A stretch of DNA of 63,969 nt, the filler included, from Gonapodya sp. JEL0774 (lineage: Eukaryota), in assembly GCA_027604505.1 (NCBI GenBank). It is 29 parts of 29 records of this genome, joined end to end, with 100 filler letters (N's around TTAATTAATTAA, not from the genome) between each part and the next. Parts side by side here need not be neighbours in the genome. Positions count along the whole stretch, not along the records: positions 61,875 to 63,969 come from JADIIX010002251.1; 28 more parts are not named here. One strand, 5' to 3'. This document shows, in pieces, positions 62,254-63,969 of this stretch. Each line of letters opens with the position of its first letter. The stretch's first letter is position 1. The notes under the pieces are model-generated. The model did not search any database and was not told the origin of the DNA. It saw only the letters and a list, made by a program, of their open reading frames with translations. A program made the position numbers and the translations under genes.

Positions 62254-63969
62254 ATGAATGAAGAGGAACCGACGAAAGATCATGACCAGGTGCCGGGTCA
62301 AGACAACCCAACTGCTCTAATCATCCGGACATCTGCCATCAGAGACAACCCTCGCCTGGCACACGTAGCTGCAGAATCAAAAAATGAAAGCATGAGCTCA
62401 GTGGTGGTCGGTCGACCTGCCAGGAACTCTTCGTTATCCGTCCCTGATGGTTCAACTACAAGCATGGATGGGAACATCGTCAGCCCGGAGAATCGTAGAA
62501 AGACAAGCATCCGAAATCAAGATTCGTACATGTTTAGTCTGGACTCAGTGGCAGGAAAGGAAATTGCGGGGGTTTATGACATCGCATGGTGAGGTTGATA
62601 AAGAAGTCGCAGCGCCATCGTTTTGAGATTAACATAAGCGGGTCCGTCGAATGTGGTGATAGGATACACATAGAAATTATCATTCTTTCGTGGGTATTCT
62701 CGTGAGGTTTCTTGGTCTACTTGCAAATCGAATGTCTAATTGTTTGTGCCTTCGGACCGACCATCACCATGACGTCTATGAAAACGCACCCCCTCATCAG
62801 AATCATCATTGCCGCATTTGCTATCGCAATGTCCTACATACTAGCACTACGGGATTGGGTGAATCCCTCAGATGCCTCGCGTTTCAACGAGACAGCGTAC
62901 CTTGAACTTTGTGTGTGTGGTTTCTTCGCGTTTCTTGTGGGCTACATGAGCGTTCAGGTAAGTTATTGATCTGCAATTCATGATCTTCATACAGCGAGTT
63001 ATCTGTCACATTTATGTTTTTCTCTCGGAAGTTTGTAGTCGTCAATGGGATTCCAGCGTTCTACCAAACTGGATTCTGGATCTTTGCGCTCGGCGCTACC
63101 CTCTTCTCGACAGGCTCACTCCTTCTTTTGGCGATTCCAAGCGATTTTCCTTATTGGTTCTACTACATCGGTTCGTTTGCAATTCGAGGCTGTTCGAGAC
63201 CTGTTTCTTACAATGCGGATCCCCCAGACATCATCATTCTCGTCGCTACTTTCATAATTGTATGCTTTGCTTTCAGCTTCTACACAAAGCCAAGTCTAGT
63301 CCCGTACAGCTTAAATATCGAGTCACTTCGCTCTGATAAAAGGGCGTACAACAGAGCAAGAGCTTTCTACGCCGTCGTGTTTGTCTTGGCGGAATGCCTT
63401 GTTGCTGGCGTCTCTATAGCGTACTGCATATTTTTCCTGCCTCTTTACGCTTCGTTAGACCCGACGGGCCAAGTAGTGTGGCGACTTCTCCTACACCCCC
63501 TTTACTTCGAGTTGCTAATTTTTGTTCCACTAAGGTACGTCAAATCTACATAGCTTCCTACGCCAGAAATGCTTTAGACTTTGTGTCTCCGGGTAGGGCG
63601 CTGACTGATCGGTACATGGAAGGGAGAATAGGCGTGTTCCCCGCACTTGCACTCTCACATGCACAGCTTCACAAAGTTGTTGCTGGAATGGTTATGCTGG
63701 CAGCAATCCCTTCCATTGAAGCGATGGTGCGTGTAGCTGCCAGAAGTACCAGTGCTCGAATCTCGCTTATCGTTGTGTTCTGTGATTCGGGGATCCAGGT
63801 TGCGTCTGTCGCAGGCTCAGCCGTTATCCGGCTGCTCTGGCGTTGTTCCGTTTTTTCTCAGAGTGTATTTGTCGACAAAATTGTCGAGCACTGGTTCGGA
63901 CCGGCTGCTCCAAGAGGAAGCAACCCAGATGGCAGGCCTTCCGAAGGGATCAAGCGTCAGCCGCACGCT
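62254..63969 (+). CDS. Multi-pass membrane protein of unknown function, partial
   Basis: Hydrophilic N-terminal exon followed by several exons with long hydrophobic stretches; GT-AG introns. Confidence 0.6.

Overview
This window is not contiguous DNA. It is 29 unrelated fragments of about 2.1 kb, sorted by decreasing length (2121 to 2095 nt) and joined by an artificial 100-nt spacer (N44-TTAATTAATTAA-N44). Gene adjacency across spacers therefore means nothing. The content is eukaryotic, intron-rich and fungal. It is probably an early-diverging zoosporic fungus (inference from the TTAGGG telomere, short GT-AG introns, GT71 mannosyltransferase, GDH2 and class-A-like GPCRs). Housekeeping fragments include a PSR1/SCP phosphatase, RNPS1, PRP17/CDC40, PTH1, KDM4/RPH1, GDH2, KGD1, and Nudix, methyltransferase, WD40, Kelch, BTB, F-box, 2OG-oxygenase and FAD-monooxygenase genes. 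Mobile elements include a copia pol, two gag-containing LTR-type fragments and a decayed PIF/Harbinger next to a telomere. The most notable items are: (1) an array of 12 palindromes (CACCACCGA-W-TCGGTGGTG) at about 76-85 bp period with two spacer types, one copy inverted; (2) an intronless, almost uncharged 21/168-aa-periodic coiled-coil protein with a putative C-terminal head, resembling a viral-type fibre; (3) a UBA1 paralogue that lacks the catalytic cysteine; (4) tandem rhodopsin-class, opsin-like GPCR genes; (5) a cryptic GIY-YIG nuclease domain; (6) a canonical -1 frameshift signal at a gag stop. All family assignments are by eye from motifs; no searches were run.
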